DNA from: an uncultured Actinomycetes bacterium
GTDB taxonomy: Bacteria > Actinomycetota > Thermoleophilia > UBA2241
DNA: 64,000 bases
NCBI GenBank assembly: GCA_963725665.1
Contig: CAVRZA010000004.1
Span: 64,001-128,000 of the forward strand
Reading direction: 5' to 3'
Of this stretch, positions 7,501 to 15,829 are shown piece by piece (position 1 is the stretch's first letter; the number at the start of each line of letters is the position of its first letter). A program made the translations under genes and the position numbers. The notes beneath the pieces are model-generated. The model was not told the origin of the DNA and did not search any database. It saw only the letters and a program-made list of their open reading frames with translations.

Positions 7501-9049
7501 GGAGTTCGAGGCGCCGGTCGCCGTGTGGCACCGGCGCCGGTTCTGGTTCCAGGCCGGCTCGGGCGCGCTCGGCAGCGTGTCGCTCGAGGAGCCGGCGGTC
7601 GTGGAGGATCCGCTGCCGGGCGGCGAAGCCGCCGAGCTCGCGGCGCTCGTGCACGACACGGACGCGGGTGCGGCCGTGATCGTGCTGCGGGAGGCACACG
7701 ACACGCTGCTCATCGCGCCCGACGGTTCGACCCTGCGGCGGTCCGGGGTGGAGCCCGCGGCCGCCGTCGCGTGCGGCCCGGCCCGGTGTGCCGTGCTCTT
7801 CAGCGACGGCGAGCTCGTGGTCTACGACTGCGGCGCGGCGCTCACACCCGTGTGCCAGACGCGCGTCGGGGTCGTGCTGGGGCACATCGGCTGGGACGGC
7901 TCTCGGCTCCTCTGGCTGGACCCGGAACACAACGTGACGGCCTGGTCTCCCGGCGATGGCTCGCCCGCCCGGCTGCGGGGGGCCGAAAGCCTGTTCCCGC
8001 GAGGCCTGCTCAAGGTCCCGCTGGACTGGCTCCCCCGGCCCGGCGGCGGGATGCTGGCGGTCACCACGCACGGCGTGGACGCGTTCCGCGTCGCGATTGC
8101 GAAGCCGGGAGGCGCCGGCGTGTTCCAGGAGCTGTTCGGCGGCCAGGCTTGGCTGGCCGTCGACCGGCGGGGGGACGAGTGGTGGCTGGTCCGGGGCCAG
8201 CCCTCCAGCCAGGTGCCGCTCGCCCGCGCCCTCAGCGGCCGCTTCTTCTGCGCCGTGGACGGCCGCGGCAGCTTCTATGCGGCGAACGGCCATGGAGCCG
8301 ACGTCGTGGTCGACCTTGCCTCCCTGGACCGCGCACCCATCGAGGGCTGCCCCTTGGGTCTCAACGCCGCCGCCGGCGACCGGCGGGAAGGCTGCTGGCT
8401 GGTCGACCGGGCGGGCGACATCTACGCCGTCGACCCTGCCGGGCACTGCCGGCCGGCGGTGCGCTGCGAACTGCGGGAACCCTTGGGCGCCCGGCTGCTG
8501 GACTGCGGGGACTGGCTGGTGTGGTCCGGCCTGGCCAGCGCGACCTTCGCCGATGTCGGCGACGAGCCTGCGCCGACGTTGCTGTTCTACCGCAAGCTGT
8601 CGTCGGGGGCCGGCGCGACGCTGGAGCTGGCCGGCCGGTACGTGCGCCACCCGAACGAGGGCCAGTCCTCCGGCCTGTGGTTCGACGACGCCGCCGGCCG
8701 TCTCGTCTCCCTGTGGCTGGCGCCTCGTCATGAGGAGGAGCCCTACAGGCTGCTGGTCGCCCCGCTCGAGGACGCCACGGCCGGGCGCTTCACGGAGACG
8801 CCGGTCGTGGGCTTGGGCAACGTGCGATGCGCCGGCGGCAGCCTGTCTGCCGACGGCGCGTTCCTGGGCCTGCTGACCGGCGTCGGCGAGCTTCACTGTG
8901 TCCGCGTCGCTGACGGCAGGAGCGTCGCCATCCTGGCCGGCAGTCTGCCGTTCACGTCCGTGGCGGCCGGCCCGCGGGCCGCGGAGTTCTGGCTGGCCGA
9001 AGCACAGGCGCAGCCCTATCACTGCAGCGTAATCGGAGGGGACCCATGA
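4526..9049 (+). CDS. DUF4062-NACHT (STAND) NTPase with C-terminal beta-propeller-like repeats (NWD/TEP1-like architecture)
   Basis: N-terminal FRVFVSSTFEDFRAERNAL...IDLRWGV (DUF4062); Walker A GEGGSGKS; Walker B VFLDALDQL; GRPLYLRLA and GLAEDEL helical motifs; beta-rich Trp/Asp C-terminal half; GAGGAGG before ATG 4526. Confidence 0.88.
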   Translation: MTAAVRQPSTTFRVFVSSTFEDFRAERNALQRYVFPRLAELCATRDARFQAIDLRWGVGEEASLDQRAIPICLTEIERCQRVTPRPNFIVLMGDRYGWRPLPARIDAAEFELLLATIPEEDAAVLAWSQGQAAGAEGWYRRDDNAVPPEYVLRPRRLVVPEGASEEEREDAAEAERREWTTVEARLRAILLRAVDALGWAEAEPARRKYVASATEQEIVLGALEADGAAEHVFAFFRTIDGLPAGESAKRFCDLTASPKGLVPDADARARLTSLSAELRDVLGSHALDSYRARWTGEGITTDHLGTLPEDLSDCLGLLDEPDAPHTLCADVWRSIAGVIKSELDRPEADEAIDREIARHARFGEARCRDFVGREEVRTEIAAYLAGTEAHPLVLVGEGGSGKSALMAKAVQEAVSAHPGAVVAARFIGATPAASDGRSLLDAVCRQLARATGGDEATLPAGLSDLSVELARHLARATAELPVFVFLDALDQLGATDPARGLAWLPASLPDHARLVVSTVPGACETALRARRPEPRFLSLDRMSRREGETVLEIWLDKEGRTLQEGQRAAVLDAFEPEGRPLYLRLAFEEARLWRSFSAPAETRLQPGIPGLIRGNLLARLEAPENHGRQLVARALAALAASRHGLAEDELVALLSADADVIADFRRRSPRSPAVGQLPVVVWSRLYFDLEPYLSEHATDGATLLAFYHRALAEAAREEYLADEPERRVVNSGLARYFRGVADPNGDGDWQPRARALAELPFHLAESAAAGERGAAEELEALLTQLGYLAARVATGKAYELVAAYELTEPLGPALIEWRGFLEKHAQRLYQHPAMLVGLVNHEGFAAARAQVDDVPHPGVWLRTSPESLPGPEPGLGPEGGDAEAVAAGGIEVAASLSFSSPRVLAVAPDREAGFVLDGLGILRVLDLRAMRETETTLPIRREPLLTLAAAPDGGGLMAVYESAVGELYRCHEGPDGLPSSLEAVTAVECGLPEFEAPVAVWHRRRFWFQAGSGALGSVSLEEPAVVEDPLPGGEAAELAALVHDTDAGAAVIVLREAHDTLLIAPDGSTLRRSGVEPAAAVACGPARCAVLFSDGELVVYDCGAALTPVCQTRVGVVLGHIGWDGSRLLWLDPEHNVTAWSPGDGSPARLRGAESLFPRGLLKVPLDWLPRPGGGMLAVTTHGVDAFRVAIAKPGGAGVFQELFGGQAWLAVDRRGDEWWLVRGQPSSQVPLARALSGRFFCAVDGRGSFYAANGHGADVVVDLASLDRAPIEGCPLGLNAAAGDRREGCWLVDRAGDIYAVDPAGHCRPAVRCELREPLGARLLDCGDWLVWSGLASATFADVGDEPAPTLLFYRKLSSGAGATLELAGRYVRHPNEGQSSGLWFDDAAGRLVSLWLAPRHEEEPYRLLVAPLEDATAGRFTETPVVGLGNVRCAGGSLSADGAFLGLLTGVGELHCVRVADGRSVAILAGSLPFTSVAAGPRAAEFWLAEAQAQPYHCSVIGGDP

Positions 9050-9837
9050 ACGATGATGGCATGTTCGAACGCGGGGAGGGGCTGGCCGCCAAAGGTCGCC
9101 TCATGCCAGCCATCGAGGCCTTCGAAGAGGCTGGGCGGGCTGCGAGAGACCCGGCGTTCCAGGCGCTGGCGAGGTACGACATCGGTGTGGCCTATTGGCA
9201 TCTGCTCGGCAACGGCGAGGCCGCGCGCCGCGAGTTCTACGCCGTGGCCGACATCTGCGACGAGCACGGCGACCAGTTCCCCAGGCATCTCCGGGTACTG
9301 CACCCCAACGCGCTGGAGAACGCGATGCTGTGCGCCACGTCGTTCGACGAGTTCGAGGCGCTCGCCGGGCGGCTTCGCGCCCAGAACCCCTATTTGCCGA
9401 TCATCACGCGGCTGGTTCCCGAGGTGCAGCAGGACCGCGAAAACGGGGAACGCTGGTCGTCGCGACTGATGACCATCGCGCACAACTACTACGATCCGAG
9501 CCTGGACACCGGCCGGTACGGGGAGGCGGTGTCCACCTATCAGGTCCTGCTCCACAATCGCCGCGACCTGCGCCTGTCGAGGGATCTCTGGCGCACGGCC
9601 GTCAGCGAGTACTGCGCGGTGGCGCTGCGCCTGTTCACCGACTGCGTCAACCAGCGGGGCGGCGACGACGACCGCGATTCGCCCGAGGAGTTCCTGCCGA
9701 TCGCCACCGAGACCTTCCCGCTGGTGGACGAGTACCTGGCCGCCAACCCGGGCGACGAGACCGTGGAGGAGATACGGCGAAGGACGGGTGAGTTCGTCGA
9801 TCGCTTCCGGCAACGGTGGGCGGCGCTCAGCGGCTGA
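9046..9837 (+). CDS. Alpha-helical TPR-like protein coupled to the NACHT gene
   Basis: ATGA overlap; AIEAFEEA, ARYDIGVAYWHLLGNGEAARREF and GRYGEAVSTY TPR-like motifs. Confidence 0.75.
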   Translation: MNDDGMFERGEGLAAKGRLMPAIEAFEEAGRAARDPAFQALARYDIGVAYWHLLGNGEAARREFYAVADICDEHGDQFPRHLRVLHPNALENAMLCATSFDEFEALAGRLRAQNPYLPIITRLVPEVQQDRENGERWSSRLMTIAHNYYDPSLDTGRYGEAVSTYQVLLHNRRDLRLSRDLWRTAVSEYCAVALRLFTDCVNQRGGDDDRDSPEEFLPIATETFPLVDEYLAANPGDETVEEIRRRTGEFVDRFRQRWAALSG

Positions 9838-10025
9838 CGGCAACAGAAGCGGGGGGCCCGGCCATCATCGTGAGGGGGATTACGAGCGGCACCGTCTCCC
9901 CCCGGACGCACGTGGCTCCCGACGGTGACCGCTCACAGCATTGGACGAAAGGCGCCCTACCGGAAATCGACCAGCGGGGGAGGCGGTTGCCACCGCTCTG
10001 CTCCGCGATTACGGGCGGGATCGCG

Positions 10026-11297
10026 TCACATCGCAGCGGCGTTGCCTTTCCGCGGCCTGCCGAGCGGGGGTCTGGCTCTCGACGGTCGCAGTGACGTGGG
10101 GTGAACGAACTTGCTTCCGTTCGGGCCCGCCTTCACGGCCATGTGGAGCGCGCTGCCGTGCCACAGGTCGCGCCAGCTCAGGAACCAGACCGTCCAGCCG
10201 TTGCCCCAAGTCCCGCCGCGCGGGCTGCCGGTGATCGTCACCGGGTCGCCGGGGACGGAGAGGTTGTAGTAGGTGATGGCGTGCTCCGGTGAGAGGTTCA
10301 CGCAGCCGTGGCTCACGTTGGCGAATCCCTGGGACCCCACCGACCAGAAGGCGTCGTGCAGGTAGGCGCCGCTCCAGGTGAACCTGACCGAGTAGGGCAC
10401 CATGATGTCGTAGCCAGGCCCCTTCATCTCGGCCGGGTTCTGCTTCTCGATCGTCAGGTAGGTGCCGTTGGGCGTGTCGTCCCCGGGCTTTCCCGAGCTC
10501 ATCGGCCAGTTTCCGAGCAGCCGTCTGTTGAGGTAGACGTGCACCCGGTGAGTGTCCGTGTCGGCCACGGCGATGAGCGAGCGTCCGATGACGAAGCTCT
10601 GCCTCAAGGTGTGCCCTCCGTAGACACCGGGCGCACCCTCGACGCCGTTGAGGTGCCCGACGAAGCGGACTCGCGTGTGCTGGGGCCAGTAGTTCCGCGG
10701 CCGAAAGTAGAGGGTGGACGGTCCGTCCCAGTACCAGGCTCCGGTCACCGGCTTCGAGGTCCAGAGCTGGAGCGAGCGCTCCACGGCGCGGCGGTTCGTT
10801 ATGGGGACGCTGAACGTGAGCATCACGGGCATGCCGACGCCGTAGGTCTGGCGGTACCCCTCGAAGATCTGCGTGACGAACGTCTGGCGGGGAGTGAGGG
10901 TGCGGAAGGTGCTTGTCCCTGTGCTCAAGCGCCCTGCCGCGTCGCGAACCGTGACGCTCACCGTGTACCGCGTCCCCACGTCGAGAGGCCAGCGGTTGCG
11001 CCAGGCGGTGGCTGCGGGGTTGAGCGCGCCCGGCACGGGATCTCCCTTGGTCGTCACCGAGACGTGCACGATCGTCCCGTCGCTGACGCTGATCCTGATC
11101 CCCTTCTGGGGTTTCACCTTGGTGGCGCCGTCGGCAGGCGTGATCGACAGCTGGGCGGCGGGCAGGCTCGGCGTCGGCGAAGCCGACGGAGGCTGCCCGC
11201 CGCCCCCGCACGCCGCGGCGACGAGGCCCAGGCACAAGGTCGCCGCGACGGCCGCCATGATGCGCTTGGTCGCTGCCGTGATCACTACGCCGACCAC
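10026..11297 (-). CDS. L,D-transpeptidase lipoprotein (Ldt, Ig-like + YkuD domain)
   Basis: Lipobox-like VAAACG; YLHDAFWSVGSQGFANVSHGCVNL catalytic motif. Confidence 0.93.
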   Translation of the reverse strand: MVGVVITAATKRIMAAVAATLCLGLVAAACGGGGQPPSASPTPSLPAAQLSITPADGATKVKPQKGIRISVSDGTIVHVSVTTKGDPVPGALNPAATAWRNRWPLDVGTRYTVSVTVRDAAGRLSTGTSTFRTLTPRQTFVTQIFEGYRQTYGVGMPVMLTFSVPITNRRAVERSLQLWTSKPVTGAWYWDGPSTLYFRPRNYWPQHTRVRFVGHLNGVEGAPGVYGGHTLRQSFVIGRSLIAVADTDTHRVHVYLNRRLLGNWPMSSGKPGDDTPNGTYLTIEKQNPAEMKGPGYDIMVPYSVRFTWSGAYLHDAFWSVGSQGFANVSHGCVNLSPEHAITYYNLSVPGDPVTITGSPRGGTWGNGWTVWFLSWRDLWHGSALHMAVKAGPNGSKFVHPTSLRPSRARPPLGRPRKGNAAAM

Positions 11298-11478
11298 TCA
11301 CCCTCCGATGCCACCGGTGCCCCGAGATTCGGGAGCCGTGTGGTGAGCCCTCTTTTCCCCGACAAGGTGGGTAAGAAGCTGCGCGCTCGTCCCGTCGGCG
11401 TGATCCGGCGTCTACATGGCTGATGCGCACGGAGCTCAGCCCGACCACCCGCTCCATCGTGCTAAGGTCTTGAGTCCG

Positions 11479-11587
11479 GTGACCGCCTGACGGCGTCGCG
11501 GCGGCGACAAGAGCGACGATCGGAGTGGCAGCGTTCAGTGACCGCCTGACGCCACCGCGGCAGCGGCAACAGCGAAGTTCGGAGTGG
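11479..11587 (+). repeat. Two imperfect 50-bp direct repeats (59-bp period)
   Basis: 11479-11528 and 11538-11587, both GTGACCGCCTGACG...TCGGAGTGG, 42/50 identical. Confidence 0.8.
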
Positions 11588-11594
11588 TCTGGCT

Positions 11595-12394
11595 GTGCGC
11601 AGCCTCGATCGGCAGCAACTGGATCGCGTCTTGGTTCTGGCGCGCGATGTTCTCGGGCCGGATCTCGTCGGTGCCTATCTCTTCGGTTCGGCCGTACTCG
11701 GCGGGCTGCAGGCGCGGAGCGATCTCGACGTGCTCATCGTGTCCAGTCGAGCGACGACACGCGGCGAGAAGAAGCGTCTCGTCGATCGGCTACTCGCCGT
11801 CTCCGGACAAGACACTCCGCAAGGGCGGTGGCGCCACATCGAGCTGACGATCGTCGTCGAGGCGGACATACGGCCCTGGCGCTACCCGCCACGGTTCGAC
11901 TTCCAGTATGGCGACTGGCTGCGCGACGAGTTCGAGAGCGGCAACGTCGAGCCTTGGCCAACGACGACGAACCCGGATCTCGCGTCGCTGATCACGATGG
12001 TGCTGCTCGGGACGCCCCGTTGCTGGGTCCGCCGCCCGCGCAGGTCTTCGACCCCGTCCCGCACGACGATCTCATCAGGGCGATCGTCGGCGATATAGAC
12101 GCGCTGCTCGATGACTTGGACCGGGACACACGCAATGTGATCCTGACGCTGGCTCGAATCTGGAGTACCGTCGCCACCGGCACTATTCGCGCGAAGGACG
12201 CCGCCGCCGGATGGGCGCTCACGCGCCTCCCGCAGGAACATCGTGCGGTGCTCGTTCGTGCTCGCTCCGTCTATCTCGGCCAAGAGGAGGAACACTGGGA
12301 CGACCTGCAGTCGCGGGTTCGGCCGTGCGCCGAGTACGTTGTCGGTGAGATCGAACGGTGTGTCGCTTCCGACTCGGGCTCCTCTGACGGTTGA
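11595..12394 (+). CDS. Aminoglycoside adenylyltransferase family protein (ANT(9)/AadA-like), apparent frameshift near 12010
   Basis: YLFGSAVLGGL..SDLDVL, IELTIV, PWRYPPRFDFQYGDWLR in one frame; DTRNVILTLARIWSTVATGTIRAKDAAA in another. Confidence 0.88.
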
Positions 12395-12486
12395 TGACCT
12401 GCTCCCGTGCTCGTGAACTGCCACACTGTGCGGGACCCCGCATCGCGGCCACTTGACCCGTCCGTGATGCTGCGCGAGCATGGCCG

Positions 12487-13028
12487 GTGATGGCCAAGGT
12501 CGGCTGGAAGACGCACTGGCACAGGCACCCCGGTGTGCGCTCGGGCGATCAGTTGACCCTCGGAGAGCGGGCCGCCGACCGCATGCGCGACGTGATGGGG
12601 TCGTGGCCCTTCGTCTTCTGCTTCTTCGGCGTGATGATCGCTTGGGCGGTGGTCAACACCATCGTCCTGCACCGGGTGCTGCATCACAAGGCGTTCGACC
12701 CCTACCCCTACATCCTGCTCAACCTGTTCCTGTCGATGATGGCCGGCGTGCAGGCGGCGGCCCTGCTGATCGCCGCCAAGCGGGCCGACGCCATCGACTC
12801 GGAGATCGCCATCCACACCGAGAAGAACACCGACGAGCTCAAGCAACTCCTCGAGGAGAACACCGCGCTGACCCTGCAGGTGAAGAAGAACACCGACCTT
12901 CTGCAGGAGATCAGCCACGAGCTGGCCCTGCTGGAGGCCGCCGTGGGCGCGCCCGCAACGGGGGCCGGCCGGGGAGAGTCAACCGACCGTCGAACAGCCG
13001 CCACGCGGCGATCAGCCGCCGCCGCTGA
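12487..13028 (+). CDS. DUF1003 membrane protein (3' end uncertain)
   Basis: LTLGERAAD...GSWPFV...FDPYPYILLNLFLS; the frame runs on into an unrelated remnant, and an alternative-frame stop lies at 13028. Confidence 0.8.
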
Positions 13029-13066
13029 GCTGCCACCGAGCGGCGAGGAGCCGCCCACTCCTCCAA

Positions 13067-13640
13067 TTGACGTCGCGCCCCTTTCGCCGGCATGTCCAGG
13101 AGAGCTGCGGCGGGGTCGCTGCAGATCTTCGTCGGCGGCGACCCCGCCGACGTCGAGCAGATTCGGCCCGTCCTCGAGCACATGGGCGAACCGCGCACGA
13201 TCTACCACGTCGGCGGCCACGGCGCCGGCTACACGGTCAAGCTGCTCCTCAACCTGCTCTGGTTTCGACCAGCTCGTGGCTACGGCCGAGGCGCTCACCG
13301 TCGGTGCGCGAGCGGGCCTCGACCTGTCGGTCCTGCACAGTGTCCTGACCGAGAGCCCGGCCAGCAGCACCCTCCTCGAGCGCGATCTCCTGCCGCTCCT
13401 CAAGGACGGCGTCTACGAGCCGGGCCTCGCGCGCCAGCTTGCCTGTAAGGACCTACGGCTGGCGCTCGAGCTCGCGGACAGCGTCGGGGTGCCGGTCGAG
13501 CTGAGCGCCGTCGTCGAACGGGTCTTCCAGCAGGCCCGCGCCGACTACGGGGACACCGCCGGGGAGATGACCCCCGTGCGTCTTTACGAGGAGCGCGCCG
13601 GGACGAAGCTGCGCGCCGCCCAGAGGGCCACGTCCGTGCC
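13067..13640 (+). pseudogene. C-terminal remnant of a beta-hydroxyacid (3-hydroxyisobutyrate-type) dehydrogenase
   Basis: AAAGSLQIFVGGD...HVGGHGAGYTVKLLLNLL then AEALTVGARAGLD...LACKDLRLALELA; Rossmann N-terminus absent, frameshifted. Confidence 0.8.
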
Positions 13641-13645
13641 GTACA

Positions 13646-13870
13646 TCACCCGTTCGGGGTCGGCACCGCGAGCACTTCGAGGTCGCGCCAGGCTCCCCTC
13701 GCCGTGTTGCCGGCGGCATCGACGGCGATGGCGCGCCACCGGTAGTCGCCCGGCGCCATGGTGCAGAGGATCCTGGCAAGCAGCCGCCGGCCGACGTGCC
13801 TGCTCCCGAGCTGCCTAGTCGCCACGATCTTGCCGTTCTGCGCGATCACGAGGCGGCAACGTCCGGCTGA
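13646..13870 (-). pseudogene. Fragment encoding an Ig-like C-terminal beta domain
   Basis: RLVIAQNGKIVATRQLG...APGDYRWRAIAVDAAGN; no credible start. Confidence 0.4.
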
Positions 13871-14122
13871 CTGCCCAGCGGCTCCTGCGCCATCGTTGCC
13901 CGCCGAGCGTCTGTGGATCGCCGTATCGTCGCAGCCGCTCGGCCTGTGCGACCGTGTGGGGCACGCACCGTCACGACGGCGAAAGACTGAAGTCCCGCGA
14001 TACGTGGTATACTGACGCGTCTGTTTGCGGTGATCGTCGTCGTAGGCAGCGCTATAGTGAAGAGCGCGCATCGTTGCTACGACCGTCGCCGCGAACACGC
14101 TCAAGAGGTCAAGGAGAAAGAG

Positions 14123-14320
14123 TTGGCGCAAGGCAAAGTAAAGTGGTTCAGTAGCCAGAAGGGCTACGGCTTCATCGAGCAGGAAGAGGGCAAGGATGTG
14201 TTCGTTCACGCGAACGAGCTCGCCCCCGGTGTTGCTACGCTTGAAGAGAACCAGACAGTCGAGTTCGAGGTGACCCAGGGCCAGAAGGGCCCGCAGGCCG
14301 TCGGCGTACGGCCCGTCTGA
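14123..14320 (+). CDS. csp: Cold-shock protein (CspA family)
   Basis: GKVKWF, RNP1 KGYGFI, RNP2 VFVH; TTG start after AAGGAG. Confidence 0.95.
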   Translation: MAQGKVKWFSSQKGYGFIEQEEGKDVFVHANELAPGVATLEENQTVEFEVTQGQKGPQAVGVRPV

Positions 14321-14335
14321 GGACACCGCGCTCAT

Positions 14336-14375
14336 GCCCACCGGCGCGGTTCTCCGCGCCGGTGGGCTTTTCTTT
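14336..14375 (+). terminator. Intrinsic terminator after csp
   Basis: GCCCACCGGCGCGG/CCGCGCCGGTGGGC stem followed by TTTTCTTT. Confidence 0.85.
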
Positions 14376-14432
14376 CGCGCCGGCCGCATCGAGAGGCACG
14401 CGCCCGGCCACGATGAGCAGCAGGAAAGGCCC

Positions 14433-14492
14433 GTGAGCTATCCATCTGTGAGTAATCCGCCTGTGAGCAATCCGCCTGTGAGCAGCCCGTCT
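14433..14492 (+). repeat. Four 15-bp tandem units at the sigma 5' end
   Basis: GTGAGCTATCCATCT GTGAGTAATCCGCCT GTGAGCAATCCGCCT GTGAGCAGCCCGTCT. Confidence 0.85.
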
Positions 14493-15617
14493 GAGGCGCG
14501 CCCGGCTAGCGCCGCGCCCTCGGCGAGCGACGTGCTCGAACCGGCAGCCGAAGAGGTCGCGAACCTGCTCACCCAGGGCCACGAGCAGGGCTACCTGGCG
14601 ATCGCCGACATCCAGGAGCAGCTCAGAGACTTCGACCTGACTCCCGAACAGCTCGAGGCGATCCTCTTCCTCATGCACGACCACGGCGTCGATGTGATCG
14701 ACACCGAGGAGGGCGCCAACGGCGACGGCGAGGAAGCCGCAGCGCCGGCCGAGGAGGCGGTGACCCCGCTCGACGCCTCAGAGCCGGCGACCGCTACCGA
14801 CTCCATCCGTCTCTACCTCAGGGAGATCGGCAAGGTGCAGCTGCTCACGGCCGCCGAGGAGGTCTCGCTGGCCAAGCGCATCGAGCGCAAGGACATGGAT
14901 GCCAAGCGGAGACTGACCGAGGCCAACCTGCGCCTCGTCGTCTCGATCGCCAAGCGCTACGCGGGGACCCCGGTCCCGTTGCTCGACCTGATCCAGGAGG
15001 GCAACCTGGGCCTGATCCGCGCCGTCGAGAAGTTCGATTACCGGCGCGGCTTCAAGTTCTCCACCTACGCCACCTGGTGGATCCGCCAGGGCATCACCCG
15101 CGCCATCGCCGACCAGGCCAGGACGATCCGCGTGCCGGTGCACATGGTGGAGCAGATCAACAAGCTGATCCGCGTGCGCCGCTCTCTGGTGCAGGACATC
15201 GGGCGCGAGCCGACCCCCGAGGAGATCGCCCTCGAGATGGGCACGACCCCCGCCAAGGTGCGCGAGATCATCAAGATCAGCCAGGATCCCGTGTCGCTGG
15301 AGTCGCCGGTGGGTCTGGAGGGCGACGCCCAGCTCGGCGACTTCGTCGAGGACACGGCGGCGATCGAGCCGCTCGAGGCCGTGGGTGAGACGATGCGCAA
15401 GGAAGAGGTCGATTCGGTGCTCTGCGGCCTCACGTATCGGGAGCGCAAGATCATCGAGCTCCGTTTCGGTCTCAAGGACGGGCGCACGCGCACGCTCGAG
15501 GAGGTCGGCGACAGGTTCGGCGTGACGCGTGAGCGCATCCGCCAGATCGAGTTCAAGACGTTCGCGAAGCTGAGGAGCTGCCGCGAGGCGCGGCTCCTGC
15601 GCGAGTCGCTCGACTAG
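14433..15617 (+). CDS. RpoD/SigA-like sigma-70 factor
   Basis: Region 1.1-like segment, [11 protein letters not shown] (1.2), [62 protein letters not shown]. Confidence 0.95.
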   Translation: MSYPSVSNPPVSNPPVSSPSEARPASAAPSASDVLEPAAEEVANLLTQGHEQGYLAIADIQEQLRDFDLTPEQLEAILFLMHDHGVDVIDTEEGANGDGEEAAAPAEEAVTPLDASEPATATDSIRLYLREIGKVQLLTAAEEVSLAKRIERKDMDAKRRLTEANLRLVVSIAKRYAGTPVPLLDLIQEGNLGLIRAVEKFDYRRGFKFSTYATWWIRQGITRAIADQARTIRVPVHMVEQINKLIRVRRSLVQDIGREPTPEEIALEMGTTPAKVREIIKISQDPVSLESPVGLEGDAQLGDFVEDTAAIEPLEAVGETMRKEEVDSVLCGLTYRERKIIELRFGLKDGRTRTLEEVGDRFGVTRERIRQIEFKTFAKLRSCREARLLRESLD

Positions 15618-15829
15618 CGCGGCCGCGGTCGCCCGCTCCGCGGAGCCTGCCGGAGCTCCGCGGTCGAAGAGGCCGCCGGCCACATCGGACTTCGTCAAGA
15701 CCGTCGCTTCACGCATCTCACATGAGCTTGACGTGCGCTTGTGGACTTCAACGGGGGTACACAAGCCATAGCAGGGGGTAGAATGCCCGCGATGCTCTTG
15801 CTCCTCCGCGGACCGTCAGGTAGGGGGCC

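Noticed and set aside
11575-11594. Apparent extra att half-site (AAGTTCGGAGTGGTCTGGCT) before the ANT gene
   Set aside because: Needs a gap, lacks the TAGGTCCACCA core, and the matching bases are not kept in the sister tandem repeat; probably chance
12487-13818. 443-aa DUF1003-dehydrogenase fusion ORF
   Set aside because: The dehydrogenase part is headless and split over frames; the read-through is an artefact of indels or decay
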